This document shows, in pieces, positions 37,301 to 51,260 of a DNA stretch of 64,000 nucleotides. The stretch covers positions 1,860,001-1,924,000 of the forward strand of contig JAYWIR010000037.1 of NCBI GenBank assembly GCA_036172245.1. Reading direction: 5' to 3'. Under the pieces are notes generated by a model. That model ran no database searches and was not told the origin of the DNA. It saw nothing but the letters and a program-made list of their open reading frames with translations. The position numbers were made by a program, and so were the translations under genes. Numbering within the stretch: position 1 is the stretch's first letter; each line of letters starts with the position of its first letter. The stretch comes from Raillietiella orientalis. Taxonomy: Eukaryota.

Positions 37301-40300
37301 GGAATCAGATACCAATTTGCCATTAACCAGAGATTAGTTGTTGTGGACATTGCTATAGCGGCGAAAAAATCGAAATTCGTTTCCCAACGAGGGATTGCAT
37401 GGAGCGACTTCCAGAAGCAGGGCTCTTGTATTCGTAGTTGGGTTCTTTTGCAAACTGTTTGTTTCTGAAATGTGTTCAAGAGTCAAACTGATGATTCAAA
37501 CGAGGAAATGGCAAGCCTGCACAGATGCAAGCTTCATAAATTGATGCCCTTGCCTGTTTCTCATCAAGGTTCTTGGGAATCTGCAGTCTACCAAAGTCTT
37601 GCTATTAATATGATGGTTGCAAGAAAATTTCTGGCAAAAATATCGAGAAGCGATAAGATTATTTGTACTGCATCCAACTGCTTGATCTTTATTGTTCCTA
37701 AGATGTGCTCGAGATGTCAAATATGAACTTTTATGAACTCAACAGAAAGAAAAGTTTATTTTGCATGGCAGCATGTAATATTGAGTCAATTTACGGATGA
37801 AAGATGCAAATTATTATAATGATGGAGAGGTTATAAAGAAAACAGAGAAAACGGAACCTTTCCTGAAATTATCTTATATCCCTGCTTGAAAAAAAAATAT
37901 TTCTTTGTTCCAATGAGCACTTCCAAGAAGCGATATTGTAACCCTTGCTTTGCAAATGGTTCTGGTTACGTATCTTTCACTGTCACATAGCAGTTCTGGT
38001 TTCTAGAAGACGGAAAATTCCTAGTTATAAATTAACTGATCTCAGATGTCATTTTCAATGGATTCATTAAGGCCTAGGCAATCTGTAAAACCACAAGACA
38101 CACTGAGCTGTAGAACTTTAAAAAAAAAAAAAAAGAAATGCTCCTCACTTGAGGAATGGTTGTTTAGATGCTTCGAATGTATTAGAGAAGACTGATGCCT
38201 TCGTTCTATAAGTAAATCATTATTTTTATTTTTATTTTATCACTCGGAATTTCTAGTCATGAATACTTAGCAGCTTGAGTTTCGAATCCATCATCGAGTA
38301 CTTTTCATTCATTCATTATTCCACACTCATTTAATACTCTTCATCCATTTGTTTCACATTTCCTCCAAACGAGTTAAAACGAAAAGCAAATGACAGCAAA
38401 CGAATGGAGAATAACTAATGAGGAATTTCAAATCCCGTTTTTTTTTGGCCGTGAGACATCTGTTCAAAGTGTCACCCGCTGCAGCTTTTCTTCATCCACT
38501 GCCTAACTGGTTCTCGATTCTGTTCGTCCTCTATGCAGTCTTTCACGAAGGAGCTCGAAGGAGTCTGATCTCATTTCCAGAACGCGAATCTGTGGTACTT
38601 CTTTTGTGACCTTCCGATTTATGATGTAGTACAATGTAGACATTCATCGCGTAGAATATTTTCAAGTAGTTGGTCGTGACGGCAACGGAGTTGCATTGGG
38701 AATCCGGAAGTGAATTCTGAGTCGAGCTCAAAGAGTAAATTCTCCTTGTTAAAATGCAGATCAATTTATCATGCCTCCTTTTTTTTGTCTTGTACCCATT
38801 CTCATCTTCAGCAGCCATTTGAAATTGGACATACCAGTCGAACTGCCATCTGAGTAACACACCTTCTGTTATTTAAGCTAATTCTCATAGTAATTATCCG
38901 TGATTAAGGTTAAACCAGAGAGTTATCAGTGAGGAAGATTATGAGCACTCCAAACACACAGCAACAACACTGTTTTCATAAGTTCATTCAAAATCTTTCG
39001 TTGTTATTGGATAAGATAAAAGAAAAAAGAATAACAATCGATAAATTTACTGAAGGAAGATCTTTTATCAGATTTTGCACTTAATAATTTCTTAATGTTA
39101 CTTTATTTTTAAAATCTATTTTAAATAGTGGTCCACTCTTTGGATTTGTTAAGATCTTGAGTGTGTCTAATTTTCTTCCGTTGACCACCTCATTTGTTTC
39201 TTGATTCAGCTCAGCCCCTTTAATAATTTGCATGCTTTATCTATGACATCTTCAGTGCTTTGAATCCCATAAGCTTGAGAATAAATGAAAAACAGCTTTG
39301 ATGGCCTAAACTTTACTCTGAAGAACTTTAACCGATGCTTGCTCGTTCTTCTAATGAATTCAGACAAACCGAGCTGATTTCTGCGATCCATACTGGGACT
39401 TAGGTAAGCATCTTGGAAAGCTACCCCGAAAAATAAACAAGCCCCCGAATAAATTACCCTTAGCAGCGTTCTCCATTAATTCTACAACTTCCTTAGCCAT
39501 CTCATTCTCATTCTGGCTGCCAAGAATCCCATCTCTCATTTCGCCTTGAAGTTTTGCTGCCGTACGGAAAAAAACCTGCCCCCAGTAACAAAAGGAAAAA
39601 ATGTTTTCCCGTGTTCGTCCTAGCAAGCCCTAGATTGCCGCGCTTGAGTAGGCAACCCTGAGATCGGGAAGTACGGACACTGATCGAAGTCCTCACTCTT
39701 TTGGGGGGAAACACCACGGCATTTATAACTGCGCCCATTGTTCCTTTGTGCTGGAAACACCCGTTAAGAAAAGCACCTACAAGTCTGAGGGAAGCCATTT
39801 CGACCCATCATTCAGGGAAGAGGCTGTCCGGAGATGGACTGTGAATGCCCTCCGGTTTGTTTTCCTCGAGTTTCGCACGCGCGATGATTCCATCTTGTTT
39901 CCCCTCTTCACGCGTTGCCGTTGGTTACAATGATTGCTTTTTCTGATGCGCCACATTTCGAAAGGAAATTAAAGCTTCAGATTTATGTGAACTCCTGCCT
40001 CCTGCTGACCTTGGATCAGCGTTTGGGAACGGAGAGGCCATCGTCCTCAGAGGACACCGATAAAACTCTTGAGGAAGTACGAGAGATTGGAGAGTCATTG
40101 ATGATTCTCATCTGTGTTTTCCGGGTGGCAAGGGGGAACCAGGGTCGCTCCCAGAAAACAAAACTTTGTAATTCGTTTGAGTTTGGGAGACAAATCCTTT
40201 CTGTCGGTGTTCAGATGAAAACATGCCAGTGGCGGAGCTGCTAAGATCAAACGCATGCACTTCTCAAATGGTCGTAATTTGAATACATTTCTTTGGAAGT

Positions 40301-43300
40301 TCCGAACCCCTGAAAAAATTGCACTGTGACTGAAAATTGAAATTTTAAAAAATTAATGCATTCACTTTTGAAACTGAAGGAGAAGGAAAAAAAATCACCT
40401 GAAACAAATCATCGAATTATGAATGCTAGAGATTAACAAGCAGAGTTTGTTTTTTTGCTTCTGTCCAAGCGGATTTAATCTAATGTGGATCTTAACATTA
40501 TGCGTTCGTTTTTTCTTCAGTCATCAGATTACGGCGTACTCTCCATACTCTATTCGATAAAGAGTAGAAGAAAAAGGTCACGAGAAGGAAGTGAATGAAA
40601 AGTATGATCCCTGGACCCCTAATGCTAAAGCACCAACAAAAGAACGCTTCGTGATCAAGACTCCTGTGGAGAACCCTTTAAATTCTTCTTTAGAAAGCAC
40701 TTCCCCGAAATTTTGTGACTCAGTCGAAATCTAGCAATTCACGTTGATCAAGAAGACTGAATAGCAACAAGAAGAAAGGTTACTAAATATGTAATAAGAC
40801 GTAAACATGTCCACCATCCCCGAAGACTGGTTACTGTTCTAAAGCGTGCTTGCTGGGTTCCCGATCTCAAGCTCTGATAGTTTTTCGTTCTTCTGTTTTT
40901 GACACGAATTCCGTGTTGACCACAATCGGAACAGGAAGGAATTTCTTTTCTCATTCGTGTTCCATTGGTAATGGACTAGGTCGAATAGCGAATGCCGAAA
41001 CTCGTGAATTCTCTACGGCGGGCCTACGGTTCTACTCTGCAGAAGCTGCGCATCCGAAATTCGAATTTCTTCAGACTTAGGGTGAAAAGCTGAAAGTGCG
41101 GCAGGCGCGATTATTCTCTTTCGACAACCGATAAATGGAGGATCCACAAAATTCTGTTCAGCTCCGCGAGGAGGCTGCGAACCTTAGGCAGGCGTGAAGA
41201 GCAACAGGTCCGGCAAAAGCATGCAAACCACACGCTGGGGAAGCTCATTTCGTTCTCAGTGTCACCACTGTAAAGGGAAAATCTGCGAGAAAGGGTTGCT
41301 GCATGTGTCGTGCTAAAAGTGCATCTAGAACTGCATCTGGAAATGTGAAGTAAAATTAAGGATATTCGTGTCGGATGTGATTGGGACAACTGTGAAAGTT
41401 GGTGCACATGGATTTTTGTGCCGACACTGCCGAAGGATCGCAAGTGAGAAGCATTGGCGGTGGGCTCTATAAGTGTATACATGCGCATGAACACACGTGG
41501 CTGCTCATAAGAAAATGTTCATAAAAATTGAAGTTTCCTCAAAGTCGGAACTTCTGCCCAACTTTGAACTTGGAAACTTCTGAGAGAGAATCATTTTCAA
41601 GAAAAGATAACAACTGCTGTTATGCAATCTCGAGACTATCAGAGCTCACTATTCTTATTTAAGCAAATGATGTAATCACAGTTAATCTGTATTACTCCTT
41701 GAAAAGAACCGATCGGGGGAAAAGCGATTTCGAAGGTTTAAAGAGTACCGCAGAGGGAGGCTGATGTTTTTTGAAGAGTTGAAGAAATGAAACTGAACCA
41801 AAATCTGAATAAACTGAATCGAAAATGTGAGTTTGATATGAATTTTGAAAGCGTTCTGAAGTCAAATCCAGCATTGCAGATAGGATGAGGACACAATGTA
41901 AGCTTGGAGGAGTGTGAATTTTTCGAGATAGTAAGTTGTTCCAAATCAACCGTTCAAATACAAATAAGATCCTTCATTATTCGAATGAGAGGCGTTGATG
42001 TCAACTGAGGTCAAGTATAGATGATCCCTCCCTGTTCCATTCACTTCAACAGGAAACATAAGGACTCTGTGTTTCCTGAATGAAAAGAATGAAAGCATAA
42101 GCACCTTGTTTGTGTTTGTCTTATTTATTTCATTGAGAATTCATGAACACACGATTGTCTGTATTCTGTTATGAAGTATCATCTATAGAAATCTATAGAC
42201 AGTGGCTTGCTAGCTTTCCTTGGTGTCATTTCTGTCGCCTGTAGGGGATAATGACACTAATGGACGTACCATAAATCTGTAATTGTGTAGGGCATACTTA
42301 GAGAAAAAGGTTTTCTCTAAAGATGCAATAAGCGTCAAAGATTTGCTTTCAACATTATCAAAGGTTTATAAATTAGGAGGAAAAAAACAAATATTTCGCA
42401 AATCCAAACTATTCCTTTTATGGAGATAATCAATTTTTTGCTTTTTCTGCATTAGAAAGGGTTGAAAGAAGAGAAATCATCAAGTAACTTTTCAAAGAAT
42501 CATTTACTATGATGGATCATAATTCTGTGTATTTGAAGCTATGGTTAAGAAATCCATCCCTTAGTAAGAGCAAGTAAACCTTCATTGACACGAAACCCTA
42601 TCTCTTATTTTTACTTCCCTCTCTCCGTACCTAAAAGTGCTTTTCATTACATCTGAGGCTGTGGATATTTAAAAGAGATATCTTAATCGGTCCTCCACGA
42701 GAAGTGAAATGGGAAATTTTCTGCCCTTTCTCGTCCTTTGGATGGTACAGTGGATGGCACATCTTTTATCACCAAACTAGTCCGGCATTGAAGATCTTTT
42801 CGGATCGGTGTTCTCATACCTCAGAAAGTTGTTCCTTTTTGTATTAGGTCAAAATTCCTTTGCCGAAAAGTTGGAAAAGTGCCCTTGCTTTCACGCAGAG
42901 ATCAATGAGGCATCTCTGGCCTGATAACCAGCTGCGTTTCTTGAACTGGAAAAACAAATCTTATTTACCCTTAGCTTGTAACCATAAGAACCACGACAGT
43001 ATTTTTTTTTTTTTTTTTTTTTTACTAATTCTTTGCTATTCAAATTGAGCAGCACAGGAAGGATATGTGTCCAATATGGAATGAAATTCCTCATTTCTTC
43101 ACGCAAAAGCCAAGTTTACACAATTTGTTTGCACTGAAATTAACACGATCACAATCAAGCAATCGCAATTAATATTCTCCTGGCTCTACAGCATGCAACC
43201 AGTCTATTGCACCAAAAGGCATACAACTCATAATTTACTGGAAGCACGCCTAAAACCGAATAGCATCATGAATAGGAATCATAAAAACCGCGTTCTTCAT

Positions 43301-46300
43301 TTTCAGGGCATCCCTTTGCCTTGGATCGTAAACACATCGAAAGTTCACCGATGTTTTAAGGCAGAAATGAGAGTTGTTCATATGAGTCATAAGAGCATTA
43401 GCTACTGTTCTACACAGTCTGACATTTACATCACATATCTGATAAATGCACGCATATCCATGCATATGCGTATATGCTGTTTATTGAAATATGCACATAT
43501 TTCACATCAGCACCTGGGAGGACATTCAGTTTATTGGAACAAGGTTGTCCACTGGAAATGGATGTGTACCTCTCGTTGAAACAAATCCATCAAACAGTGT
43601 CTGCCAACGCATACAGGCTTCTAAAAAAAATAAATATGCAAGGAGTGACAAGAAATAGTTGAGCATCCCACTGAACCCTTCCTTCTGAAGAAAATATAAG
43701 TGCAGACTGACGGATGCATCTCAACGTCACCTCAATCTTGGAATCATCTCAATGCCTCCCTTAATACCATAAATAAAGTTGTATGGGAAGACGGTCTGTT
43801 GCACCCCAATAACTAGATGGATTTCCAGAAATTCTTCTCCACACTCTGAAACGACCTGAAATTCCAACATCTATTTCGCAAAGGGAGTATCCTACGGCCA
43901 TCACCTGCAGGAGATCCAGTCTACAAACAGATAGCATACATCTTATGAAACTTGTATTTGAAGATCCACTGCATTAGAAACAGTAGTGTGAAACGCAATT
44001 AATCTAAAACATTTCTAGAACACTGTTCGTGTATTTGATTTATGAGGGAAAAAAGGACTTTTTCAGTTCTAGGTAATCTATGACGATGTCCTTCTCGGGT
44101 GTTTGTGTCTCGTGGATATCCATGGGGGGAATCCACATAATCTTTGCAAGTGCTCGAGATGCTATGTAGTAATAATGTTGCTTATGTGTAACTATCGGGC
44201 AGAGACTCAAGTAGCCACTATCGGGGTGCATTTGGGTTTATTCTGCGATTTGAGTGCTTTAAAACGAAAGCAAAAGCAGGAAAAGAGTTCGCTAAGGTGT
44301 TTTTATGGTCCTTTAAATTTCAGCAGCCGTTCTTATCGACCAATCACAAGATCAAGACCTAGGAGTCATGTTTCAATACGCCGTCTCACAAGTCAACAAA
44401 AGCCCCGGTCTTTTGCCCAACACCACGCTTCTGTACAGCATAGAGTATGTACACGGAAATGACAGTTACTTAGCAACCAAGTCAGGTAACAGTACACCTA
44501 AGAAGGTCAAAATGTACTTCGAGGAAGGTTTCTCGGATCCTTTTGGATGCCTATTGCTTGCACCTCTTCCTCGATGTACTTTCTAAAAAATTTTCCTTGT
44601 TCAATAAAAAGGGTGCAAATGCTTGGTGTGGGGGTCAAAGTTGGAAACGTGCTTATCGGTGCATGGCATCTCATGTTTGTTCCTGGCACATCTATTACAG
44701 CACATCTAAAGCTGGCACATCTTAAACAAAGTAACTGAAGAGGATCTTTTAAATTAATGGGAATCTCTCAATCCTGTTCGTTCTGTTCACTAAACCATCT
44801 TTACCTCCAGGCATCTCTGCTTGAATTTGTGCTGAGATTCGGAATGTGAGCAATCCGAAATTATTCCAGAAATTTCAATGATATACATTAAAAGGCTCTT
44901 GAAGGTGAAAGCTCAATCTCAAGACTAAAATGGAGATGTGAATCCCATAGTTTGGCTATCAGTTACAATATAAATGACGGAAACTTTCAACTATCCAGGT
45001 ACATAAGGCGTCATGGAGTGCATCATGATCGATTTTACTTTAGCTAAAAGTGTTTCAAATCTCTGTTTCATGCCCCTCAAAAGCACGAACAGCAGATCTA
45101 GTTCATCAGAATGTATCACAAGGTTGCAGCTACCCAGAAATATTTCATCCCGGAATTGGAGTTTTCCCGCTGTGACTGAAAATCCACGAATACCTACACT
45201 CATGCAAGTTTGCAATTCTCCAGAGATAAGCAGAAGCAGTTTGCTGAGAAGAATCACTCATAACTTCTTGAAGCACTGTCTGTTCTTGCCTGATTCAATT
45301 CAAGAACTGCTTCATCAAAGCTTCCAACCTCGATCTACGTCTCTTTCCTTCCCGATTGCTTGCCTTCGTTGACACTCTTTGATGTGCCCTTTCTTCATCT
45401 GCAACAGAAATGTCAAGAAAGGTAATCTGAAGGAAAGCAACAAATATTTCGAGCATGTTTATGAATAAAGAAGAGTCCGATGGCACGAGAGAGCATGAAT
45501 AAGAATAAGACAAAGTTTCTTTTTGAAGTGTATTGCCCTATAGTCGTCGGCATTAAAAATGCAATTTCCAACACACAAGAAAGAAACTAAAATACCAACT
45601 TCTCTCTTATATCACACAAGAATGACAGGATGTACATAAAAGGTGAGAGGATTGGTAAAGGTATGAGGGAAGAAAGAGAAAGAAAGAAAGAAGAGTTTTA
45701 TCAGCAAGGGATGCTGCCAAATAAATGCAGGAATGATTGTCGGAAGATTCGAACGTGAAGAGACAGAACTTGGATCTTCTTTCCGATGCACTTATTGGAT
45801 CATCTTTTATTCACTCACCTTTTCGTGTATTTTCCCTTTTTTTCTTTTCCTTCCTTGGGAATAGCTGAAGATACGATCACTTCCGTTTCCTTATCTGTGA
45901 AAGCTGAGTCAGTGTGTTGCTTAGAACTTCCTGAATCACACATGAAGCCTTAGTCATCCAAAAGGTGTCAATAAGGGAAAGTTCTGTGAACACAAGTGGT
46001 TCAATTTTCTAATGTTGTCAAGTGTCGGGGACTGAACACAAGTGTTGCGTAAATATGCACGAGAGACTCCACGGATTTCCAATTTTCTAACTGAGTTCCT
46101 CCCCAAAGTTCAACATTACACCATTATAAAGCTGATTATGGATTATTCCTTCAACTGGTGTTTTAGGCCTACACCACGACCATCTATTATGATGATGTAA
46201 TCTATCTCGCTGTTCCTTCCATCTTGCCTAATTATGCATTTTGCTCCTCGAGTTTGAAATTGAAGTCACATCCTTGCGCACCCTGTTGTGAAGTTCAGGC

Positions 46301-49300
46301 TACTATGATAGCACACTAAAGTTTCCATCGTTCCTTTTATGTGAAGCACGTTAATGAGATTGCATCCATATGGAGAGAGAAATTTTAAGTAGGAAGTTCT
46401 TCTCTCTCTTGGCTCTTCCAGAACCTGGAGAGCTTAAATAAAGTTCTCTCTGACTGACAAATCTCTTTATCTCTTTATGAATCTCAAGAACCTGATGCAC
46501 TGTGTCCTATGCAAAGGGGAAACTTGACTGGAGTGAGGTTGCTCACATCTGAATCGAATCCCTGATAGAGAAGATCGTAAAGGTGTGTCCAGCTTAACAG
46601 GAACAATCCATGTCTTCCCTGAGATGAGACGGCTCAACTTCGCCACTTCCAGGTTGCTGTGCACGATGGCTGCCTCTGCTACTATGGTGCACTTTTTGGG
46701 GAAGTTACAAGCGTAAGCGACGGCTTGTCTCCTTGGAATCGCCTGAAACTTAAAAGTGTTTGTGTGGAAAGTGCTCTCATGCATTTGACTTTTTTCGATC
46801 CTTTGCACCCATTGGCTCGCTCGTACGAAGGGACTGCATCCGTTGAAGGATTACAGGAGATTGCAGGGAAGAAGGTTCTACAGGACAAGTGAGGAATGAG
46901 TGAAGACGTACTTCGTTTGCAATGCTTCGAGATCACACATGCTTCATGTATTCTCAGTTTCCAGATGAAGCATGCAAATTATTTTATTTTATCCGATGAC
47001 ACTAGCTACCGTACTTTCGAGATACGTACAAAAATAAGGACTTCAGAAAACTCCCTCAGCATCAGATTTAACAACTGGTAAACTGGCAGGAATAACGAAA
47101 TAATAATGTGATTCTATGGAACAATAATGTGTGGTAATAGTATGTAATTTGCAGGAAGAAATAGTAAAAATCATCAAATTATTCTTATTTTATAGTAAGC
47201 TTACAAAATGCTTTCATAATTACAAAAGAGCGTTCGGATTTATGATTAAGCAATTAGTGATTCTCATTATTCTTATCAATTTCGAATCTCGAGAATAGGG
47301 ACTGGCGATCAGGAGTGAGATCTCCAAAAAAAAAGGCTTAAGCATTTTATCACAACTGATAAGGAATTAGGTGATTTATCTAAAGAACAGTGAGAGGAGT
47401 TCAAGAGCGACTCAATGATTTTATAATGAGTGATTAACAGGTCATCACTCTATTTTCATGGAATTCGGTTTCTCTGTTCTCCTCCTTACTTGACACTGAT
47501 GTTTCCATCTCCCTAAAGCTTTTCATATTCGATAATATTCATATTATCACTACTGTTTCCAGCAAACATATTCGTACTCCTTCCTCAAATGCGTCGGCGA
47601 GTGTCTGTCTAGAGAAGCATTAGCCATTCCGATAAGAACGGTTTTGACATCCAGCCAACCAGAAGCAACACACTTCTTAATGTTGCATTTGCGGTATTTT
47701 CAAAGTCAACCTACGAGAACTGAATCAGGGTTCCTATGTTCAAAGATCCCAACCTCAAATGGGGAATACAGTAACTTACTGATCAGCGATTCAAGAAAAG
47801 TTCTTGACGCTGAAAGATGGCCGAACTTCACAGAAGGCTTCCAAAGGGCATGCTGAAAGAAATGGTTGATGATAAATACATGTTTTGGATCAGATCTCGA
47901 TAGAAATGTTTAGAGACAAGATTTTGAGTGCCCGACAGAATATTCGTTACGAAGTTCCCCTCACAGAAGGAGCAAAAAACCAAGAAGGAACAAAATAAAA
48001 GACTCCACTTTGTTGCTGTTGTTTTTTAGAGAAATGTTGATGGATCACACAAGAAAGAACAGCCAAGTCTTCCATTCGATTCTTATTCCAAGTATTTCAT
48101 CTTCGCTTTGAAATCCCAATGTTAGTTTTCCACGATGAATGAAAACAGCAGAACAATCTGATTTAGAAAGAGCGTGCGATCACTGAGACAAGGTGTTATG
48201 AATACAGATCGGAAATAACTCATTCCAATGAAGATCAAAAGAGTTCGATGGATCATCTGGAAGACCATGGGGATTTCGTGGTTAATAAGTCCAGGAGAAT
48301 CCACAAAAGCCTACAATTTCCGGGTATCCATGAAACGACCGAACACCGAGAGCTGTTCTCATTGCAATGAGAATGAAGGATTCAGTAATCAGTCTTGCTC
48401 AAGTCTCCACAAGTATCAAGAAAATGGATGAACCGAAAGAAACAGCTGAAAGTCGACGATTCAGTAATCAGAATCGAATACTGGAAATCAATCGACTTCT
48501 CAATACTGATTGAAAAAAAACCTCGTCAAATGTACTGGCCTTCATTCTTAAAGATAATGGAATGGAAGAAGGATTATAGGATCAGGTAAAAACGTTGCTG
48601 GTTCAAGAGGATTGTTTTTCCGAGCACAAGATTTAGAAAAGAAATCTCATTGCTCATAGATATTTTTTTTTTTTTTTTTTTAATTTCATCTCTTCCTGGT
48701 GCTGGCAAAGGTTTGCAAGAGTGTAGGATTTCCAGCGAACTGCCATTACCAGGTGCTCATCCTGAACCACTGAATCCTTGAGCAATAAAGGAAAGGAAAT
48801 ATCCCTGATTGGAACTGCAAGAATTTAGGGAATTGTTCTGCTTCTTTATTTAAGATGTTTTGACAGCACTAAGCAATTTCAAACTCTATTCATCAAACCG
48901 AGTCTTAGAAGAAATGAAGTCAACTTTTCAGCAGATAAGATGCTGAGTAACATGCCCAATCTTATCGTCGAAAGAACTTTGCAACTTGATGCATCGATCT
49001 GCAGCTGCAGAAACACACAATGATTCAGTGTCATAGATTTGATCAATGAGATTCTTTGTACGAGTATTTAAAAAACGGCTCCTGATGAAAATTGCGAATA
49101 ATCATGTCACAAGAGCATAGGTACTTTGGATGTTTGGAACTTGTAAATGATGAACTATTGTATGATAGAGGTTGTGTTTTAGTATGCAGCCATCTGAAGT
49201 CAGGAGTCATCGCCATATTCAGTCTGTGCGACTCGCCACTCAGTTTCCACATCCAGTCTGTATGTGACACGATGGAGATACCGCATATTAACATACTTCA

Positions 49301-49654
49301 AAAAGAAACTCATTCAAGTTCTGTCAACTTGCAACTTTCCCTGCAGAGCATAGGAAGAGCATATTCCTCTCTGGTTGGATTTCTAAATTGGAGTCAGGCT
49401 GTTTATTTATACGAAGATGACAGAGGTAATCTGCTAGCTGCCCCCGAAGACAAGCAACCCCATCGAATGCCATTCCAGGGTCCAACCTGCTCCGGGAACT
49501 CATGCGTTTCAGTGGGTTTCAAGAATTGGATTTATATGCACTTCAGATGACTTCCGAAAGTTACCACCTCACTCTGGGAAAGCACATAAACAGAGAGATG
49601 TACAACATCATTGTCAGTATCAAGATGCAAACTATGGATCTTTTTTTGGATGCG
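28260..49654 (+). CDS. Ionotropic glutamate receptor, kainate-like subunit; 5' part (signal peptide plus amino-terminal LIVBP-like domain), probably continuing beyond the window
   Basis: Exons 28260-28341, 44324-44485, 49183-49425 and 49479-49654 splice in phase to 221 aa: MEYFIMGMILLLSLRGRIQS-LPDKVQIAAVL...MFQYAVSQVNKSPGLLPNTTLLYSIEYV..NDSYLATKSVCSHLKSGVIAIFS...HIQSVCDTMEIPHI...LNWSQAVYLYEDDRG. This matches kainate/AMPA receptor ATD motifs (LLPNTTL, GVxAIF, QSxCxxxxxPHI). Confidence 0.88.
32055..32690 (+). mobile_element. 3' fragment of an RLE-type non-LTR retrotransposon (NeSL/Utopia-like), degenerate
   Basis: ARHKAIQ, then a frameshift and stops, then LRPD...IVLDICCPIE...ARKNKLEK...IVGSLGAW.PGNEEVLKDLGI...SCIQYSRDIYAVH. 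These are RHN, PD-(D/E)xK and GxLGxW motifs of restriction-like endonuclease C-termini. It lies in iGluR intron 1. Confidence 0.85.
44324..44485 (+). CDS. iGluR exon 2 (ATD)
   Basis: TTTCAG acceptor; FQYAVSQVNKSPGLLPNTTLLYSIEYVHGNDSYLATKS; donor GTAAC. Confidence 0.9.
46500..46790 (+). mobile_element. Possible Ty3/gypsy integrase remnant
   Basis: IEKIVKVCPA*QEQ (HHCC-finger-like) followed by RWLPL...FWGSYKRKRRLV; contains stops. Confidence 0.28.
49183..49425 (+). CDS. iGluR exon 3 (ATD)
   Basis: TTTTAG acceptor; CSHLKSGVIAIF...QSVCDTMEIPHI...NWSQAVYLYEDDR. Confidence 0.9.
49479..49654 (+). CDS. iGluR exon 4 (ATD)
   Basis: After a 53-nt intron; SNLLRELM...YNIIVSI...FLDA, donor GTGAGT. Confidence 0.82.
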
Positions 49655-50662
49655 GTGAGTCGATCTTACATTGCTTTCCATGGAAAGCAAACGATAAAGA
49701 AACAGCGTATGCGCCTTTTATGCGAGTTCAGAGGTAGACTGGAGTTTAGCGAAGTGGAGAATGAAGCTGAGTGAGATGAAAGGGTGGCGGTCAGTTTTGG
49801 CATCCCTTGCTGATCGTGTTAGCTAGTTACGAGCGCTGGAGTGTGTGTGACATGTAGCCGCGGATCAGTTGGAAGGCTGAACTGTATTTTTAATCCCGTA
49901 ACTTCCCCCTATTCACTCCAGCAGTTTTTCTTGAAGTTATCTTCCGTTCCCTATTCCCAGATGCCTAAAAGACCCGAGAAATGACTTCCTAATTATTTTT
50001 CTCATGCCCAAGAAATCACAAAATGGTTCGCACTTCAGGGCACAATGAGCACCTCGGAGCTCACTGCGTAGAAGACCCTTGGGTTCTGAGAAGTCTGGGC
50101 ACATGATAAGAGATTCCAATTTTTGAGACACGGAAGCTCTTTATCTGAGAGGAAATGTCGCTTCAAAAAAGTATGACTAAAATGAAGGTCTCTACAGGCT
50201 ACCTGAGTCTTTTCATAGTACTTCGACAACCGAAGGAGCATGACATGGCTTTCAGATTTTCGAAGTTGCTTTACTCTCTGCTTCTTGATCTGTTACTGTG
50301 CAAACATTGAACCAGCCAACCATTTTGCGGATCATGTGACCAACCTCATTCCCTAATCTAGCATCGTTGTCTGCAAGTTCTACTCGGGTTCCAAAAATGG
50401 AAGCGCCATTCTTTCCTTTATGCTTTCTATTCACCGTCCGACCTTCTTCGTTAGCGGCAACTCTTTAGCACCTCTCAATTAAAAGGTACCTATCCCTTGT
50501 GGCAACTCTTTTTCTCATCTGTGCGGATCCTCGAGGGCAACCCCAGAGACGTTCCAAAGCGCCTCTTTTTGCTCAAAGCCCTCACGCCGGCCTCATCCCT
50601 AGCAGCACTTTGCTGCCTACGCGGCGGGGTCGTGGCTGCATGGAGCAATGCCAGAGGAGACC

Positions 50663-50689
50663 GGGACGCCAGGGACGCCAGGGACGCCA
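50663..50689. repeat. (GGGACGCCA)3 tandem repeat
   Basis: Direct reading. Confidence 0.9.
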
Positions 50690-51159
50690 TCTCTTTTGCT
50701 GTCCTCTTCATAAGGATAGCGTTCCCATCTGGAAGTCTTGAAACAGGAACTTGACAGCATCCTGCAAAGCATATAGAGGACACCCTCCAGAATCCGGTGA
50801 TCCCTTCCCGAACCCTCCCAATTTTTTGTACATATGTTCTGTTTTATTTTTCTTTTTTGTTGTTTCTCCTTCCCCTCTGCTCTCCAGGAGAACCCCGCCG
50901 ACCTGGGTGCCGGTTCTCGGCAGGTCCTTTTTAGTATATTTATAACGTGGCAAGACCAAGCGTCCTGCCGCTGACCTGTATGTTTATGTTTTATAAACAA
51001 ACTCCCCGTCGCAACTGAGTGCCAACCAACTAAAAGGTTTCACGATCATGGCTTTCTCTCTTCCTGGTACTTTGCTCACTCTCTTCGCGAAATCCCAGCA
51101 ACTTGTTCCGATACATTATGATTGGTGCTTTTGTCTTCTGCAGGAAAGGGCTTTTTCTT

Positions 51160-51260
51160 TTTCCCGTTGGGTCTGCACTTGCAATGGTCGCAAATTGCAT
51201 TTTTCATGATTGATGGATGAAATTCCTCGCAGCTGAGCAACTATCGGATGTCTTGCATTT
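51160..51260 (-). mobile_element. Possible gypsy gag zinc-knuckle remnant
   Basis: The minus strand reads LSCEEFHPSIMKNAICDHCKC, resembling the tandem knuckles of Mag-like gag proteins. Confidence 0.28.

Noticed and set aside
40240..40251. GCTAAGATCAAA, a 12-nt match to U2
   Set aside because: Too short, expected by chance in 64 kb, and the flanks do not match U2.
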